Below, piece by piece: positions 1-11,613 of a DNA stretch of 64,000 bases. Within the stretch, counting starts at the first letter, position 1, and each line of letters opens with the position of its first letter. The notes under the pieces were generated by a model, which was not told where the DNA came from, made no database searches, and worked only from the letters and a program-made list of their open reading frames with translations. The DNA lies in the NCBI GenBank assembly GCA_036986115.1, contig BTQY01000006.1, positions 150 to 64,149 on the forward strand, in the 5' to 3' direction. Made by a program: the position numbers and the translations under genes. This stretch comes from Gammaproteobacteria bacterium. Lineage in GTDB: Bacteria > Pseudomonadota > Gammaproteobacteria > BTQY01.

Positions 1-81
1 GGAGGGATTCGAACCCTCGTGGGGCGTAAGCCCCCAACGGATTTCGAGTCCGCACCGTTATGGCCACTTCGGTACCTCTCC
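1..81 (-). tRNA. tRNA-Ser (anticodon CGA), 3' acceptor end truncated by the window edge
   Basis: Reverse complement reads GGAGAGGTACCGAAGTGGCC...GGACTCGAAATCC...long variable arm...GAGGGTTCGAATCCCTC. The anticodon loop is CT-CGA-AA and the long extra arm is typical of Ser. Confidence 0.8.
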
Positions 82-199
82 TTATTTGAAATGTGGCGGA
101 ATCAATACAGAATAGACAGGGAATATTGTAAACTCATGCGACTGTAATTTAAGAACATTCTACTGGATCTTATGATCTACAGCTAACATTATTTGAACC

Positions 200-1627
200 A
201 TGTCTGACATAAGATACTTTCTCACAAGCCGTGTCATCCCGCTGGGTATCGTTGGACTCATCCTGATCTCGATTATAATCACCACCAACAGGGACTCAAC
301 TCTTGAACAGATTCTGAAATCCGGACAACTCGTGATGGTAACTCGCAACAGCCCCACTACCTATTATGAGGGCCCATCCGGTCTGCTCGGTCTGGAGTAT
401 GACGTGGCAAAACGGTTTGCCGATCATCTTGGTGTCTCACTTAACATCATCACCACTGAGAACCTGCAGGAGATGCTCGATATGGTGGTCTCCAAGGATG
501 TAGATTTTGCTGCAGCAGGTCTAACGGTCACTGACGAACGAAAAAAACTGGTGCGCTTTAGCGAATCCTACCAGAACGTTACCCAGCAGATCATTTACCG
601 GACAGGCAGTGAGCGCCCACGAAAAATTGAAGATTTATTAGACAAGCAAATTGAAGTCGTCGGCAGCAGCAGTCACGCCGAAAGGCTTGCTGAATTATCC
701 CGGGAATACCCAAAGCTGCAATACACAGAAAACACAGAACTGGGAAGTGATGACCTGATGCGCCTGGTATGGGAACAGGTCATCGATTATACGGTGATGG
801 ACTCTAACGAGTTTCTGATGTCGCGTCGCTTCTATCCTGAACTACGTGTCGCCATGGATATCAGTGAACCCCAGCAACTGGCCTGGGTCTTCCCCTATGA
901 TAAAGATGACAGCTTATACAATGCGTCGATAAATTTTATCCGGCAACTGAAAAAATCCGGTGAGATGCAAAAGCTGCTTAGCAAGTATTATTCTCACGTG
1001 GAGAATTTTGATTATGTTGGCGCGCATACCTTCATGTTTCATATTGCAGAACGCCTCCCCAGGTATATCGAACTGTTTAAGGCTGCTGCCACAGAATATT
1101 CTCTTGACTGGGAATTACTCGCTGCGATTGGATACCAGGAATCGCACTGGAATCCGAAAGCGCGATCACCGACTGGCGTGCGTGGAATTATGATGCTGAC
1201 CATGAATACGGCAAAATATCTGGGCATTAAAAACCGCCTGGATCCAGAACAAAGCATCATGGGTGGTGCAAAATTTATCAACAATCTTAGTCGCCGGATC
1301 CCCGCAGAGGTCAAGGAGCCCGATCGCACCTGGATGACTCTGGCCGCCTACAATATTGGCCGCGGTCACCTTGAAGATGCACGCCTTATTACTGAGACTC
1401 GTGGGGGCGACCCGGACAGGTGGGCGGATGTAAAGGATAATCTGCCATTACTGGCGCGTAAAAAATGGTATAAACGCACCAAACATGGCTATGCCCGTGG
1501 CTGGGAGCCAGTCAGCTACGTGGAGAATATTCGTAGCTACTATGAGATCCTGCGCTGGAATACGCAGAAAGAAACTGATACTGAAGAGCCACCTGCTGCA
1601 CTGAGTATCGATTCCCCGGCGCTTTGA
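200..1627 (+). CDS. mltF: membrane-bound lytic murein transglycosylase F (periplasmic solute-binding-like domain + SLT domain)
   Basis: 475 aa; N-terminal TM/signal; SBP_bac_3-like region; C-terminal SLT motif ESHWNPKARSPTGVRGIMMLT. Confidence 0.85.
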   Translation: MSDIRYFLTSRVIPLGIVGLILISIIITTNRDSTLEQILKSGQLVMVTRNSPTTYYEGPSGLLGLEYDVAKRFADHLGVSLNIITTENLQEMLDMVVSKDVDFAAAGLTVTDERKKLVRFSESYQNVTQQIIYRTGSERPRKIEDLLDKQIEVVGSSSHAERLAELSREYPKLQYTENTELGSDDLMRLVWEQVIDYTVMDSNEFLMSRRFYPELRVAMDISEPQQLAWVFPYDKDDSLYNASINFIRQLKKSGEMQKLLSKYYSHVENFDYVGAHTFMFHIAERLPRYIELFKAAATEYSLDWELLAAIGYQESHWNPKARSPTGVRGIMMLTMNTAKYLGIKNRLDPEQSIMGGAKFINNLSRRIPAEVKEPDRTWMTLAAYNIGRGHLEDARLITETRGGDPDRWADVKDNLPLLARKKWYKRTKHGYARGWEPVSYVENIRSYYEILRWNTQKETDTEEPPAALSIDSPAL

Positions 1628-1699
1628 AATAACATTGGAACTCTGTGTATAACAATTATTGAGAAGAGATCTACCACGGGGTGATTTTTATTACAACTA

Positions 1700-2155
1700 C
1701 TAGCGCCGCTCGCGGAAAAATTCCGTCAGCAACTCACCACACTGCTCGGCCATTACACCGGAGGTCACGTCGAGCTGATGATTCAGCGGGGTATCGTGTG
1801 TCAATTGGTAGACACTGCCAGCGGCGCCGGTGCGGGGATCCATAGCAGCAAACACCAGCCGTTTGACCCTCGCATGAACCATCGCACCAACACACATCAC
1901 GCAAGGCTCCAGCGTTACATATAATGTCGCATCACACAGGCGATAATTGTTTATCTGTTTTCCAGCATTACGCATCGCAATGATTTCGGCATGTGCACTG
2001 GGGTCATGACTACTGATTGGCTGGTTATAGCCCTCACCGATGATTTCGTCATTGCGCACGATCACGCAGCCGACCGGCACCTCGCCGTGTTCAGCGGCCG
2101 TGCTCGCCAGATGCAAGGCATGTTGCATATAGTCGGAATCGGAATTCATTCCCAT
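1700..2155 (-). CDS. tadA: tRNA-specific adenosine deaminase
   Basis: CDA-fold motifs [11 protein letters not shown] and [12 protein letters not shown]. Confidence 0.85.
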   Translation of the reverse strand: MGMNSDSDYMQHALHLASTAAEHGEVPVGCVIVRNDEIIGEGYNQPISSHDPSAHAEIIAMRNAGKQINNYRLCDATLYVTLEPCVMCVGAMVHARVKRLVFAAMDPRTGAAGSVYQLTHDTPLNHQLDVTSGVMAEQCGELLTEFFRERR

Positions 2156-3720
2156 TCGATGGTGGCTGGGGGTTTACCCGAGATATCATAGGTGACGCGG
2201 GAGATGCCATCGATCTCATTGATGATGCGATTCGACATCGTTTCAAGGACTTCATAAGGCAAGTGTGCCCAGCGGGCAGTCATAAAATCGACGGTCTCTA
2301 CTGCGCGCAGAGCTACCACGTAATCGTACTTACGACTGTCACCCATCACGCCGACCGACTTGACCGGGATAAATACCGTAAAGGCCTGACTGACCTTGTC
2401 GTATAGATTATTTCTGTACAGCTCTTCGATAAAAATGTGATCCGCACGGCGCAACAGATCAGCATATTCCTTTTTGACTTCACCCAGGATACGCACGCCT
2501 AATCCGGGGCCCGGGAATGGATGCCGATACACCATCTCGGAGGGCAAACCTAATTCCGTACCCAGTCTGCGGACCTCATCTTTAAATAACTCGCGCAACG
2601 GTTCGACCAGCTGCAGCTTCATGTCTTCCGGCAGGCCGCCAACGTTATGATGTGACTTGATCACATGCGCCTTGCCACTGGCGGCACCGGCCGATTCGAT
2701 CACATCCGGATAGATCGTGCCCTGCGCCAGCCACCTGGCAGTACCCAACTTGCTGGCCTCTTCTTCAAAGATCTCGATAAACAGGTTACCAATGATCTTG
2801 CGTTTCTTTTCCGGGTCGGTCTCACCCTTGAGTGCCTGCAGAAAGCGCTGCTCGGCGTCCACGCGGATCACGTGTACACCCATATGTTCCGCAAAGGTCG
2901 CCATTACCTGGTCGCCTTCATTCAGCCGCAACAGGCCGTTATCAACAAACACGCAGGTCAGCTTGTCGCCAATCGCCTTGTGCAACAATGCCGCCACCAC
3001 CGACGAATCCACCCCGCCCGACAGGCCCAGCAGTACCTCATCGCCTGCGACTGTCTCACGCACATGCGCGATGCTGTCATTGATGATGTTTCCCGGCGTC
3101 CATAGCGGCTGACAAGCACAGATATCGTTGACGAAACGCTTGATGATGCGTTCCCCCTGACGGGTGTGGGTCACCTCCGGGTGGAACTGCAGGCCATAAT
3201 AATGCCGTGACTCATCGGCCATCCCGGCCAGCGGTGCGCTATCGGTACTGGCAATGACCCTGAAACCATCAGGCAATTCGGTGACCCTGTCACCGTGGCT
3301 CATCCATACATCCAGCATACCGTAGCCTTCGGCGGTCGTGTGGTCTTCAATATCCCTGAGCAATGCAGAATGGCCACGGGCGCGCACCTGCGCATAACCG
3401 AACTCGCGTTTGGCCGAGCTATCCACCGCGCCACCGAGTTGCGCCGCCATGGTCTGCATCCCATAACAAATACCGAGCACCGGCACACCCAGGTCAAATA
3501 CCGCCTGGCTGGCGCGTGGGGTCTGTATTTCGGTGACGGACTCTGGACCGCCGCTGAGGATCACACCGCTCGCCCTGAAATCGCGAATCGCCTGATCATC
3601 GAGATCAAACGGCCACAACTCGCAGTACACCCCCGCCTCACGTACACGCCGTGCAATCAACTGGGTGTATTGAGAGCCGAAATCCAGGATCAGGATCCGG
3701 TGAGAATGAATATCAGTCAT
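2146..3720 (-). CDS. guaA: GMP synthase (glutamine-hydrolysing)
   Basis: [29 protein letters not shown]-terminus, PP-loop SGGVDSSV, C-terminal ATIEWE. Confidence 0.95.
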   Translation of the reverse strand: MTDIHSHRILILDFGSQYTQLIARRVREAGVYCELWPFDLDDQAIRDFRASGVILSGGPESVTEIQTPRASQAVFDLGVPVLGICYGMQTMAAQLGGAVDSSAKREFGYAQVRARGHSALLRDIEDHTTAEGYGMLDVWMSHGDRVTELPDGFRVIASTDSAPLAGMADESRHYYGLQFHPEVTHTRQGERIIKRFVNDICACQPLWTPGNIINDSIAHVRETVAGDEVLLGLSGGVDSSVVAALLHKAIGDKLTCVFVDNGLLRLNEGDQVMATFAEHMGVHVIRVDAEQRFLQALKGETDPEKKRKIIGNLFIEIFEEEASKLGTARWLAQGTIYPDVIESAGAASGKAHVIKSHHNVGGLPEDMKLQLVEPLRELFKDEVRRLGTELGLPSEMVYRHPFPGPGLGVRILGEVKKEYADLLRRADHIFIEELYRNNLYDKVSQAFTVFIPVKSVGVMGDSRKYDYVVALRAVETVDFMTARWAHLPYEVLETMSNRIINEIDGISRVTYDISGKPPATIEWE

Positions 3721-3725
3721 TAGTA

Positions 3726-5231
<1,506 letters not shown>

Positions 5232-5492
5232 TTATTATGGCATACATTTTAACCAGTGATTATAAAGTTTGACGTGGGCCGGGTAAACTGGGTAGCCTTA
5301 GATTCCTGGATATTTGACGGGATATTAGCTCAGACCTGCCCCGCTAGCTCCATCAAATGGGCCCGGCTTCTGAGACAATCGGGTGACTGAAAAGTTGTAA
5401 CGCATCGCCAGACAGGCGTTGTTTCTGGCGTCGTTATTAGTATATTGACCAGCATAATAACCAGATGTAAGTCTCTTGAGGAGGAGAAACAC

Positions 5493-5825
5493 ATGAAGAA
5501 ATTAGCTATCGTGGCTGCTTTAGCCCTCAGTGTGGGTGTCACCAGTGCCGAGGCCGCTGCTACCAGGAAACAAGCCGCAGACGCTATCTTTAGTGCCGTA
5601 AACAAGACACTGGAAGCTGCCAAGGCCGGTGGTGAATGGCGTGATACCTACAAAAAAGTCATCGGTAAGGCCAAGGATGCCTATAAAAAAGGTGAGTATG
5701 ACAGTGCTGTCAAACTTGCCAATAAGGCCGAGCGTCAAAGCATTAATGGCATCAAGCAAGTCAGGGCGGGTGCCAATGCCGGTATTCCAGATTATGTCTA
5801 CAAGGACGCTGGTGTAAAGAAATAA
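5493..5825 (+). CDS. small secreted Lys-rich protein of unknown function
   Basis: GGAGGAG Shine-Dalgarno then ATG at 5493; signal peptide MKKLAIVAALALSVGVTSAEA; followed by an intrinsic terminator. Confidence 0.6.
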   Translation: MKKLAIVAALALSVGVTSAEAAATRKQAADAIFSAVNKTLEAAKAGGEWRDTYKKVIGKAKDAYKKGEYDSAVKLANKAERQSINGIKQVRAGANAGIPDYVYKDAGVKK

Positions 5826-5844
5826 TTATTAACTTTTAAGAATT

Positions 5845-5875
5845 TAAAAAAACCGAACACCTGTTCGGTTTTTTT
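5845..5875 (+). terminator. rho-independent terminator (bidirectional hairpin)
   Basis: AAAAAAACCGAAC-acctg-TTCGGTTTTTTT. Confidence 0.75.
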
Positions 5876-5879
5876 AAAG

Positions 5880-7277
5880 ATGCATAATTGTCCCATGAGT
5901 AGCATGAACAGCATGAGTAACACCAGTAACACAACTCCCGATGGCTTGCGAGACATCTTCAGCATCAGTCGCCTGAACCGCGAAGTCAAACTGTTGCTTG
6001 AAAATGAATTCCCGTTGATCTGGGTCGAAGGCGAACTGTCCAATATCGCCCGCCCCTCTTCCGGCCATTTGTATTTCTCACTCAAGGACAGCAATGCCCA
6101 GGTCAGTTGCGCGATGTTTCGCAACCGTAGCAGGAACCTGGACTTCAAGGCCGAGGACGGCGTCGCGGTACTGGCCCGCGTGCGTGTCAGCCTGTATGAA
6201 CCCCGCGGCAATTACCAGCTGATCGTCGAGCATATGGAAGAAGCCGGTGCCGGCGCCTTGCAACGTGAATTTGAACTGCTCAAACAACGCTTAAACAAGG
6301 AAGGTCTGTTCAACGAAGCCCACAAACAGCCGATCCCGACATTGCCGAAACAGATCGGTGTCATCACCTCCGAAAGTGGTGCAGCAATACGCGATGTCAT
6401 CAGTGTTTTAAGGCGCCGCTTTCCTTCAATACCGGTGATCATTTACCCGGTGCCAGTACAGGGTGACGGCGCAGGCGAAAAGATTGCCGACATGGTAAAA
6501 CTTGCCGACAAACGTGGCGAATGTGATGTGTTGATCGTCACCCGCGGTGGCGGCTCACTGGAAGACCTGTGGGCCTTTAATGAAGAAGTACTGGCAAGGA
6601 CAATCTACCACTGCAACACCCCTGTCGTGTCCGCGATCGGCCATGAGATCGATTTCACGATCAGCGACTTTGTCGCCGACAAACGTGCAGCAACGCCGTC
6701 GGCTGCCGCTGAGATGGTCAGCCCGGACCGCAGTGAATGGCAGCAGGCCCTGCAGGTGCAATACAACCGGCTATGCAATGCCATGCAGTCCATACAGCTC
6801 CGGCGCCAGCAACAGCTCGACTTCCTGGAAAAACGCCTGCAGCACCCGGGCAAGCGACTGGAAATCATCGGCAAACGCGTACAGGACCTGCAAACACGCC
6901 TGAGCAATGCACAGACAGTAAGTCTGAAACAACACCGGGCACACTTAAACGAAGTCACGGCGCAATTACATCAGCATACTCCCATGCACCGACTAAACCG
7001 GTTACAGGCACAATCGGCCAGCCTGGCGTCCCGACTCGGCAGTGCCATCAAAGTGCTGGTCAAAGCCAGGCAACAGCAGTTCCTGAGCATCAGTCACACT
7101 CTTGAGGCCGTCAGCCCACTGGCTACCCTGAATCGTGGCTATGCCATCGTCAGGCACCCCAAAGACAGGCACATCATACGCCGCTGCAGGGATGTCAGCC
7201 GCGGACAACAAATCGAGGCCGCACTAAGTGACGGTGCCCTGCTGTGCCGGGTGGAGCAAATAAGGGAAAATGATTGA
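5880..7277 (+). CDS. xseA: exodeoxyribonuclease VII large subunit (start may be at an internal Met near 5913)
   Basis: OB-fold N-terminus SRLNREVKLLLENEFPLIWVEGELSN; catalytic core; C-terminal coiled-coil. Confidence 0.9.
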   Translation: MHNCPMSSMNSMSNTSNTTPDGLRDIFSISRLNREVKLLLENEFPLIWVEGELSNIARPSSGHLYFSLKDSNAQVSCAMFRNRSRNLDFKAEDGVAVLARVRVSLYEPRGNYQLIVEHMEEAGAGALQREFELLKQRLNKEGLFNEAHKQPIPTLPKQIGVITSESGAAIRDVISVLRRRFPSIPVIIYPVPVQGDGAGEKIADMVKLADKRGECDVLIVTRGGGSLEDLWAFNEEVLARTIYHCNTPVVSAIGHEIDFTISDFVADKRAATPSAAAEMVSPDRSEWQQALQVQYNRLCNAMQSIQLRRQQQLDFLEKRLQHPGKRLEIIGKRVQDLQTRLSNAQTVSLKQHRAHLNEVTAQLHQHTPMHRLNRLQAQSASLASRLGSAIKVLVKARQQQFLSISHTLEAVSPLATLNRGYAIVRHPKDRHIIRRCRDVSRGQQIEAALSDGALLCRVEQIREND

Positions 7278-8199
7278 GGTCGAATGCATGCCCCGGATAA
7301 CCGTCTCCCCGTTAATGATGCGTCGATACCCTTATGCAGGAATGCTACTGCCGGGCCTGCTCCTGTTACTGGTTAGCGGCGCCGCCCGTGCCCTGCCGAC
7401 CCCGGACCCGGTCCCCGGCGGTGTCGCGATAGTACCGGTAGTGCCGGTCAATAGCGGCAATATCACGCCAAAGGCCGCGCATTTTAACAAGCGTCGCGTG
7501 ATGCTGCTTAAAGACAAGGGGACCTGGCTGGCCGTGGTCGGCATTCCGCTTAAGACCCGCCCCGGTCAACAGAGCCTGAAGGTGACCGCCCGCAATGGCA
7601 AACAATGGCCCGTCAGCTTTAGCGTCAAGCCCAAGGAATATGCAACACAGTACCTGACCATCAAGAACAAACGCCAGGTCAACCCGAATAAACAGGACCT
7701 CAAGCGCATCGGCAAGGAGCGCGCCATTATCAACGGCGCATTTAAAGAATGGCTGAGCATTTATCCGGCCACCGATTTCACCTTGCCCGTAGTGGGAAGA
7801 TTCAGCAGCCCGTTTGGCCTGCGGCGTTTCTTTAACAAACAACCACGCAAACCGCATTCAGGGCTGGACATCGCCGCACCGAAAGGCACACCGATCAAGG
7901 CCCCGGCCGATGCACGGGTGGTCGCGACCGGCAATTTTTTCTTCAATGGCAACTCCGTGTTTCTGGATCACGGCCAGGGACTGATCACCATGTATAGCCA
8001 TATGGACAGTATCAGCGTTACAAAAGACCAGCAGATCAAACAAGGTGAACTGATCGGCACCATCGGCATGACCGGTCGGGTGACCGGCCCGCATCTGCAC
8101 TGGACCGTCAGTCTGAATAACACCCGTGTTGATCCGGCATTGTTCATCAGCAGGGAACTACAGGGACAAAGCAGAACGACAGTCCCAAAAAAACCATAG
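7270..8199 (+). CDS. M23 family metallopeptidase (murein endopeptidase-like)
   Basis: Signal peptide; HxxxD and HLHW M23 motifs (HSGLDIAAPKGTPI, GPHLHWTV). Confidence 0.85.
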   Translation: MIEVECMPRITVSPLMMRRYPYAGMLLPGLLLLLVSGAARALPTPDPVPGGVAIVPVVPVNSGNITPKAAHFNKRRVMLLKDKGTWLAVVGIPLKTRPGQQSLKVTARNGKQWPVSFSVKPKEYATQYLTIKNKRQVNPNKQDLKRIGKERAIINGAFKEWLSIYPATDFTLPVVGRFSSPFGLRRFFNKQPRKPHSGLDIAAPKGTPIKAPADARVVATGNFFFNGNSVFLDHGQGLITMYSHMDSISVTKDQQIKQGELIGTIGMTGRVTGPHLHWTVSLNNTRVDPALFISRELQGQSRTTVPKKP

Positions 8200-8278
8200 C
8201 ACGGCCAACTGTTCTCATGTTAATCCCATGCTATTACATCAGTTGTGCAAGACATCAGGCAATAAGTATGAGGGGATC

Positions 8279-8923
8279 ATGACGATCATATCTAAATATT
8301 TCAATGATGCCGCATCATTTGATCGATTCATATACATCATATGCGCAGCCCTTGTACTAACTATATTTATAATTGATCTGCTGCTTCCTCTGGGTGTGGC
8401 GGGAGGTGTCCCATATATCCTGGTTATTTTAGTCGCGCTCTGGATAAAAAACCCGCGTGCTGTCATTATTCTAGCTATTATTTGTTCTCTCCTGACAGTA
8501 CTCGGATTTTATTTGTCGCCCGCTGGTGGTGAATTATGGAAAGTAATGGCCAACAGATCATTGGCAATATTTGCAATCTGGGTAACTGCAATTCTGGCAT
8601 TGAAGTGGAAACTTGACGAAAAAAAGGTATCTTCTCTTGAACATAAGATTGAAGAAGAAAAAGAGAGGATATATCTGGCGACAATTCATGGGGCGCAGCA
8701 TATAACTAACAACCTGCTGAATGAACTCCAGATTGTTAAAACTGAGATCGCTCTCCACCCTGAGTTTAGCAAAGAGATATCATCATTGTTTGGTGACATG
8801 CTGGCCGAGGCAGATACTCTAATGGATGATCTTTCTACTGTCGATCAAATTGATGATGAAGTGATAAGGCAGTCTATATATCCGAAGGAAAAGACCAAAC
8901 GACAAAGTCAGATGGAGACATGA
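8279..8923 (+). CDS. membrane protein: KdpD-like 4-TM sensor domain (DUF4118-like) plus HisKA_2/HWE-like dimerisation-phosphoacceptor helix, no ATPase domain
   Basis: GAGGGG Shine-Dalgarno then ATG at 8279; four hydrophobic helices; ERIYLATIHGAQHITNNLLNELQIV resembles the H-R-V-K-N-N-L-Q box of HisKA_2 kinases; ORF ends about 55 aa later; AT-rich. Confidence 0.5.
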   Translation: MTIISKYFNDAASFDRFIYIICAALVLTIFIIDLLLPLGVAGGVPYILVILVALWIKNPRAVIILAIICSLLTVLGFYLSPAGGELWKVMANRSLAIFAIWVTAILALKWKLDEKKVSSLEHKIEEEKERIYLATIHGAQHITNNLLNELQIVKTEIALHPEFSKEISSLFGDMLAEADTLMDDLSTVDQIDDEVIRQSIYPKEKTKRQSQMET

Positions 8924-9591
8924 AAATCAGAACTCTTGTGTCCTGGAGTAGTGGAAAAGACAGTGCATGGGCACTACATAAGTTACAGCAAAATCCGGGA
9001 ATTGATTTAGTCGGGCTCTTCTGCACGGTCAATAAAGAGTTTGCTCGTGTCGCTATGCATGGCGTAAGAGTTGAACTGTTACACAAGCAGGCAAAAAGTA
9101 TTGGCCTTCCTCTTGAGATAATTGAAATACCCCATCCATGTACCAATGCTGAATATGAGGAAATAATGGGGCGATTCATTGAAAAAGCAAAAAAAGATAA
9201 TATTGAGTATTTTGCATTTGGCGACTTATTCCTTGAAGATGTACGTAATTATAGAGAGGAAAAGCTAAAAGGCTCTGGAATTAAACCTGTTTTCCCCATC
9301 TGGGGCATACCAACGGATGCGCTATTAAGAGAAATGATTAGTGGTGGCCTGAAAATGGTCATTACATGTATCAATCCGAAGCAAGCGCCGAAAGAATTTG
9401 CCGGCAAGGAGTTCGACGAGAGTTTTCTGGATTCAATGCCTTCAAATATAGATCCTTGTGGTGAGAATGGGGAATTCCACAGCTTTGTTTTTGATGGCCC
9501 AATGTTTAAAGAGAAAATTAACATCATTGTAGGCGATATTGTTCATCGTGATAACTTTGTATTTGCTGACATTATAGCGGGAAGCAACTGA
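8920..9591 (+). CDS. PP-loop ATP pyrophosphatase (adenine-nucleotide alpha-hydrolase, Dph6/MJ0570-like ATP-binding domain)
   Basis: N-terminal SWSSGKDS PP-loop; diphthamide-synthase-like fold signatures (EYFAFGD, EFHSFVFDGP); 4-bp ATGA overlap with the upstream gene. Confidence 0.65.
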   Translation: MKIRTLVSWSSGKDSAWALHKLQQNPGIDLVGLFCTVNKEFARVAMHGVRVELLHKQAKSIGLPLEIIEIPHPCTNAEYEEIMGRFIEKAKKDNIEYFAFGDLFLEDVRNYREEKLKGSGIKPVFPIWGIPTDALLREMISGGLKMVITCINPKQAPKEFAGKEFDESFLDSMPSNIDPCGENGEFHSFVFDGPMFKEKINIIVGDIVHRDNFVFADIIAGSN

Positions 9592-9774
9592 TAATTGGCT
9601 CTGAGATATCCCGACTAATTTTCCAGAAATAATACTGCCAATCAAATATATCGTCATACCGGCGAAGTATCTGCGCCGGTATGATGATCCTGGGATGTTA
9701 CTACGACCTCATACTGGCCGGATAATATAATGCCTGATTCCGCATAATTTAATTCTGCAAATAACGACTCAGCC

Positions 9775-11295
9775 CTATGTCACTGTAAACTGCCCCATCA
9801 TGCCGGCGTCTTCATGTTCCAGTATATGGCAGTGGTACATGTAGGGTATTTTGGCATTTTTGTAAGGCCCGGTAGGCACAAGTATTCTTACCATTTCATC
9901 GGCATGGACAGCTACCGTGTCTTTCAGGCCACCTTCCCAACTATAGGGTGGGCGACCATCGCGATCGAGAATCCTGAACTGGGTGTTATGCACATGTATC
10001 GGGTGGTGAGTGATTGACGGGTTGTGTAACTCCCACACCTCAAAGGTATTGGCCTTTGTCACTTCATTGATGACGTGTAAATCATACGCCTTGTTATTGA
10101 TAAAAAACCCACCGGTACCAAACATCATCGCCGGCCCCATCTTCATGTCCAGCTGTAATTTACGGGTTGTGGCGACATTTACATTTGACCAGTCTGGCAA
10201 GCTGACTAGCTGCTTTGTATTAAAGGCGGCGACCTTGCCGGCCTTGCTGGCATCAATATATAACACATCGAAGTTACTATCCAGGCTGTTGGCACCACCC
10301 ATCATACTCATCATGCCAGTACTCAGATTGCCATAACCCTTTTTGTTTCGCAATGATATGGCCTTACCATCAGACACATCAACAATGATCTCGGCACGCT
10401 CGGCTGGTGCAAGATGGATTTTGTCTAATGTTTGTGGCTGCTCCAGCAGGCCACCATCGGTCGCAACGAGTTGAAATGGCCGGTTATCTGAAAAATGTAA
10501 ATGATAAAAACGAGCATTCGACGCGTTATGCAATCTTAAGCGGATCAATGACTTTTTCGGCTTTAACACCGAGTTGGCCACGCCATTCACTAATATGATA
10601 TTTCCGTGCATACCCTGCATTCTTTGCATGCCGGAATTGCTGTAATAAAACGCGCCAGATTCTGCAAAGGCCCGGTCGGTGATAATGACCGGGAAATCAT
10701 CCACGCCATATTGATGCGGTATACCTAACTGTGCATCGCGATCTTCATCGACAATTTGCATTTGCCCACCCAGGCCGCGCCAGACTTGCCCACCAGTATG
10801 GTTATGTGTATGCGAATGATAAAAATAGGTTGCAGGTTCATTGATGATCGACCATTCTGCGACCCAGGTATCACCGGGTTTGATCGCCTGGTGTGGGTTA
10901 CCATCCTGCGTAGCGGGCAGGATCATACCGTGCCAGTGTAGTGCGGCAACCTCATTGAGCTTGTTGGTGACTTCCATTCTTACCGTTTGATTCTTTTTAA
11001 AACGTAATACCGGCGCCAGAAAGTTTTGATTAATACCAATAGTTGGTGTGCTTACTTTTGGCAGGATGCGGCTTTCACCCGATTGCAGTGAAAGCTTAAA
11101 CACCTGTTTACCCTGTATCGTCGAGCCTTCATCAAGTGCGGGCAGAGAAAAATCCTGCAACTTAATAGACGGTCGATAATAACCGCCCTGCCCCATCATC
11201 ATGCTGCCCATGGACCTGGCAAAAGGTACTGAGGTCACTGCCGTAACACCAGCAGCCACACCTAATCCACCTAATAGAAAAGTACGTCGTTTCAT
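9775..11295 (-). CDS. Tat-exported multicopper oxidase (CopA/PcoA-like, Met-rich)
   Basis: Twin-arginine signal MKRRTFLLGGLGVAAG; Cu sites HWHGM, HSHTHNHT, HPIHVH, HCHILEHEDAGMM; Met-rich segments MGSMMMGQGG and GMMSMMGG. Confidence 0.85.
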   Translation of the reverse strand: MKRRTFLLGGLGVAAGVTAVTSVPFARSMGSMMMGQGGYYRPSIKLQDFSLPALDEGSTIQGKQVFKLSLQSGESRILPKVSTPTIGINQNFLAPVLRFKKNQTVRMEVTNKLNEVAALHWHGMILPATQDGNPHQAIKPGDTWVAEWSIINEPATYFYHSHTHNHTGGQVWRGLGGQMQIVDEDRDAQLGIPHQYGVDDFPVIITDRAFAESGAFYYSNSGMQRMQGMHGNIILVNGVANSVLKPKKSLIRLRLHNASNARFYHLHFSDNRPFQLVATDGGLLEQPQTLDKIHLAPAERAEIIVDVSDGKAISLRNKKGYGNLSTGMMSMMGGANSLDSNFDVLYIDASKAGKVAAFNTKQLVSLPDWSNVNVATTRKLQLDMKMGPAMMFGTGGFFINNKAYDLHVINEVTKANTFEVWELHNPSITHHPIHVHNTQFRILDRDGRPPYSWEGGLKDTVAVHADEMVRILVPTGPYKNAKIPYMYHCHILEHEDAGMMGQFTVT

Positions 11296-11355
11296 ATCAA
11301 ATTCCTGTGTTTTGTCAGTTTATTGTATGTCATACACGTTCCATATACGCAAGAT

Positions 11356-11465
11356 CATTTGTGCTGTTTTCCTGAAACATCTCTCAACAAAGATAGCAGC
11401 AACCAGAACAGCAAACCTGTGACCAGAACCAGCACTATCCAGAATAATCCCATTCCAAAGTACAT
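11356..11465 (-). CDS. unannotated 36-aa single-TM peptide (MYFGMGLFWIVLVLVTGLLFWLLLSLLRDVSGKQHK)
   Basis: AGGAG Shine-Dalgarno 7 nt upstream of ATG; fully hydrophobic core; sits between the Met-rich protein gene and the MCO on the same strand; below the ORF-track length cut-off. Confidence 0.45.
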
Positions 11466-11613
11466 CGTATTCTCCTGTATCAATTATTTTTCCACATCGT
11501 AACCCGTATTATGCCGGGTGCCATGTGACAAGTTATAAACCCGGCCTGCTGTATTACAGATGTATTATGCAGACCGGGTCCTGTTCTGGCAGTCCTGTCC
11601 CTTGCTGGCGTTA

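Noticed and set aside
160-357. 65-aa minus-strand ORF overlapping the mltF start and approaching tRNA-Ser
   Set aside because: It overlaps the mltF N-terminus in antisense. No support.
2665-3723. Several 80-146 aa ORFs on the '+' strand within guaA (and similar ones in guaB, RND, isc genes)
   Set aside because: These are antisense ORFs inside well-supported conserved genes in GC-rich sequence, typical spurious frames.
5407-5433. Hairpin CGCCAGAcaggcgttgtTTCTGGCG upstream of guaB
   Set aside because: No T-run follows on either strand and no upstream gene would need termination here. It may be regulatory but the evidence is insufficient to call.
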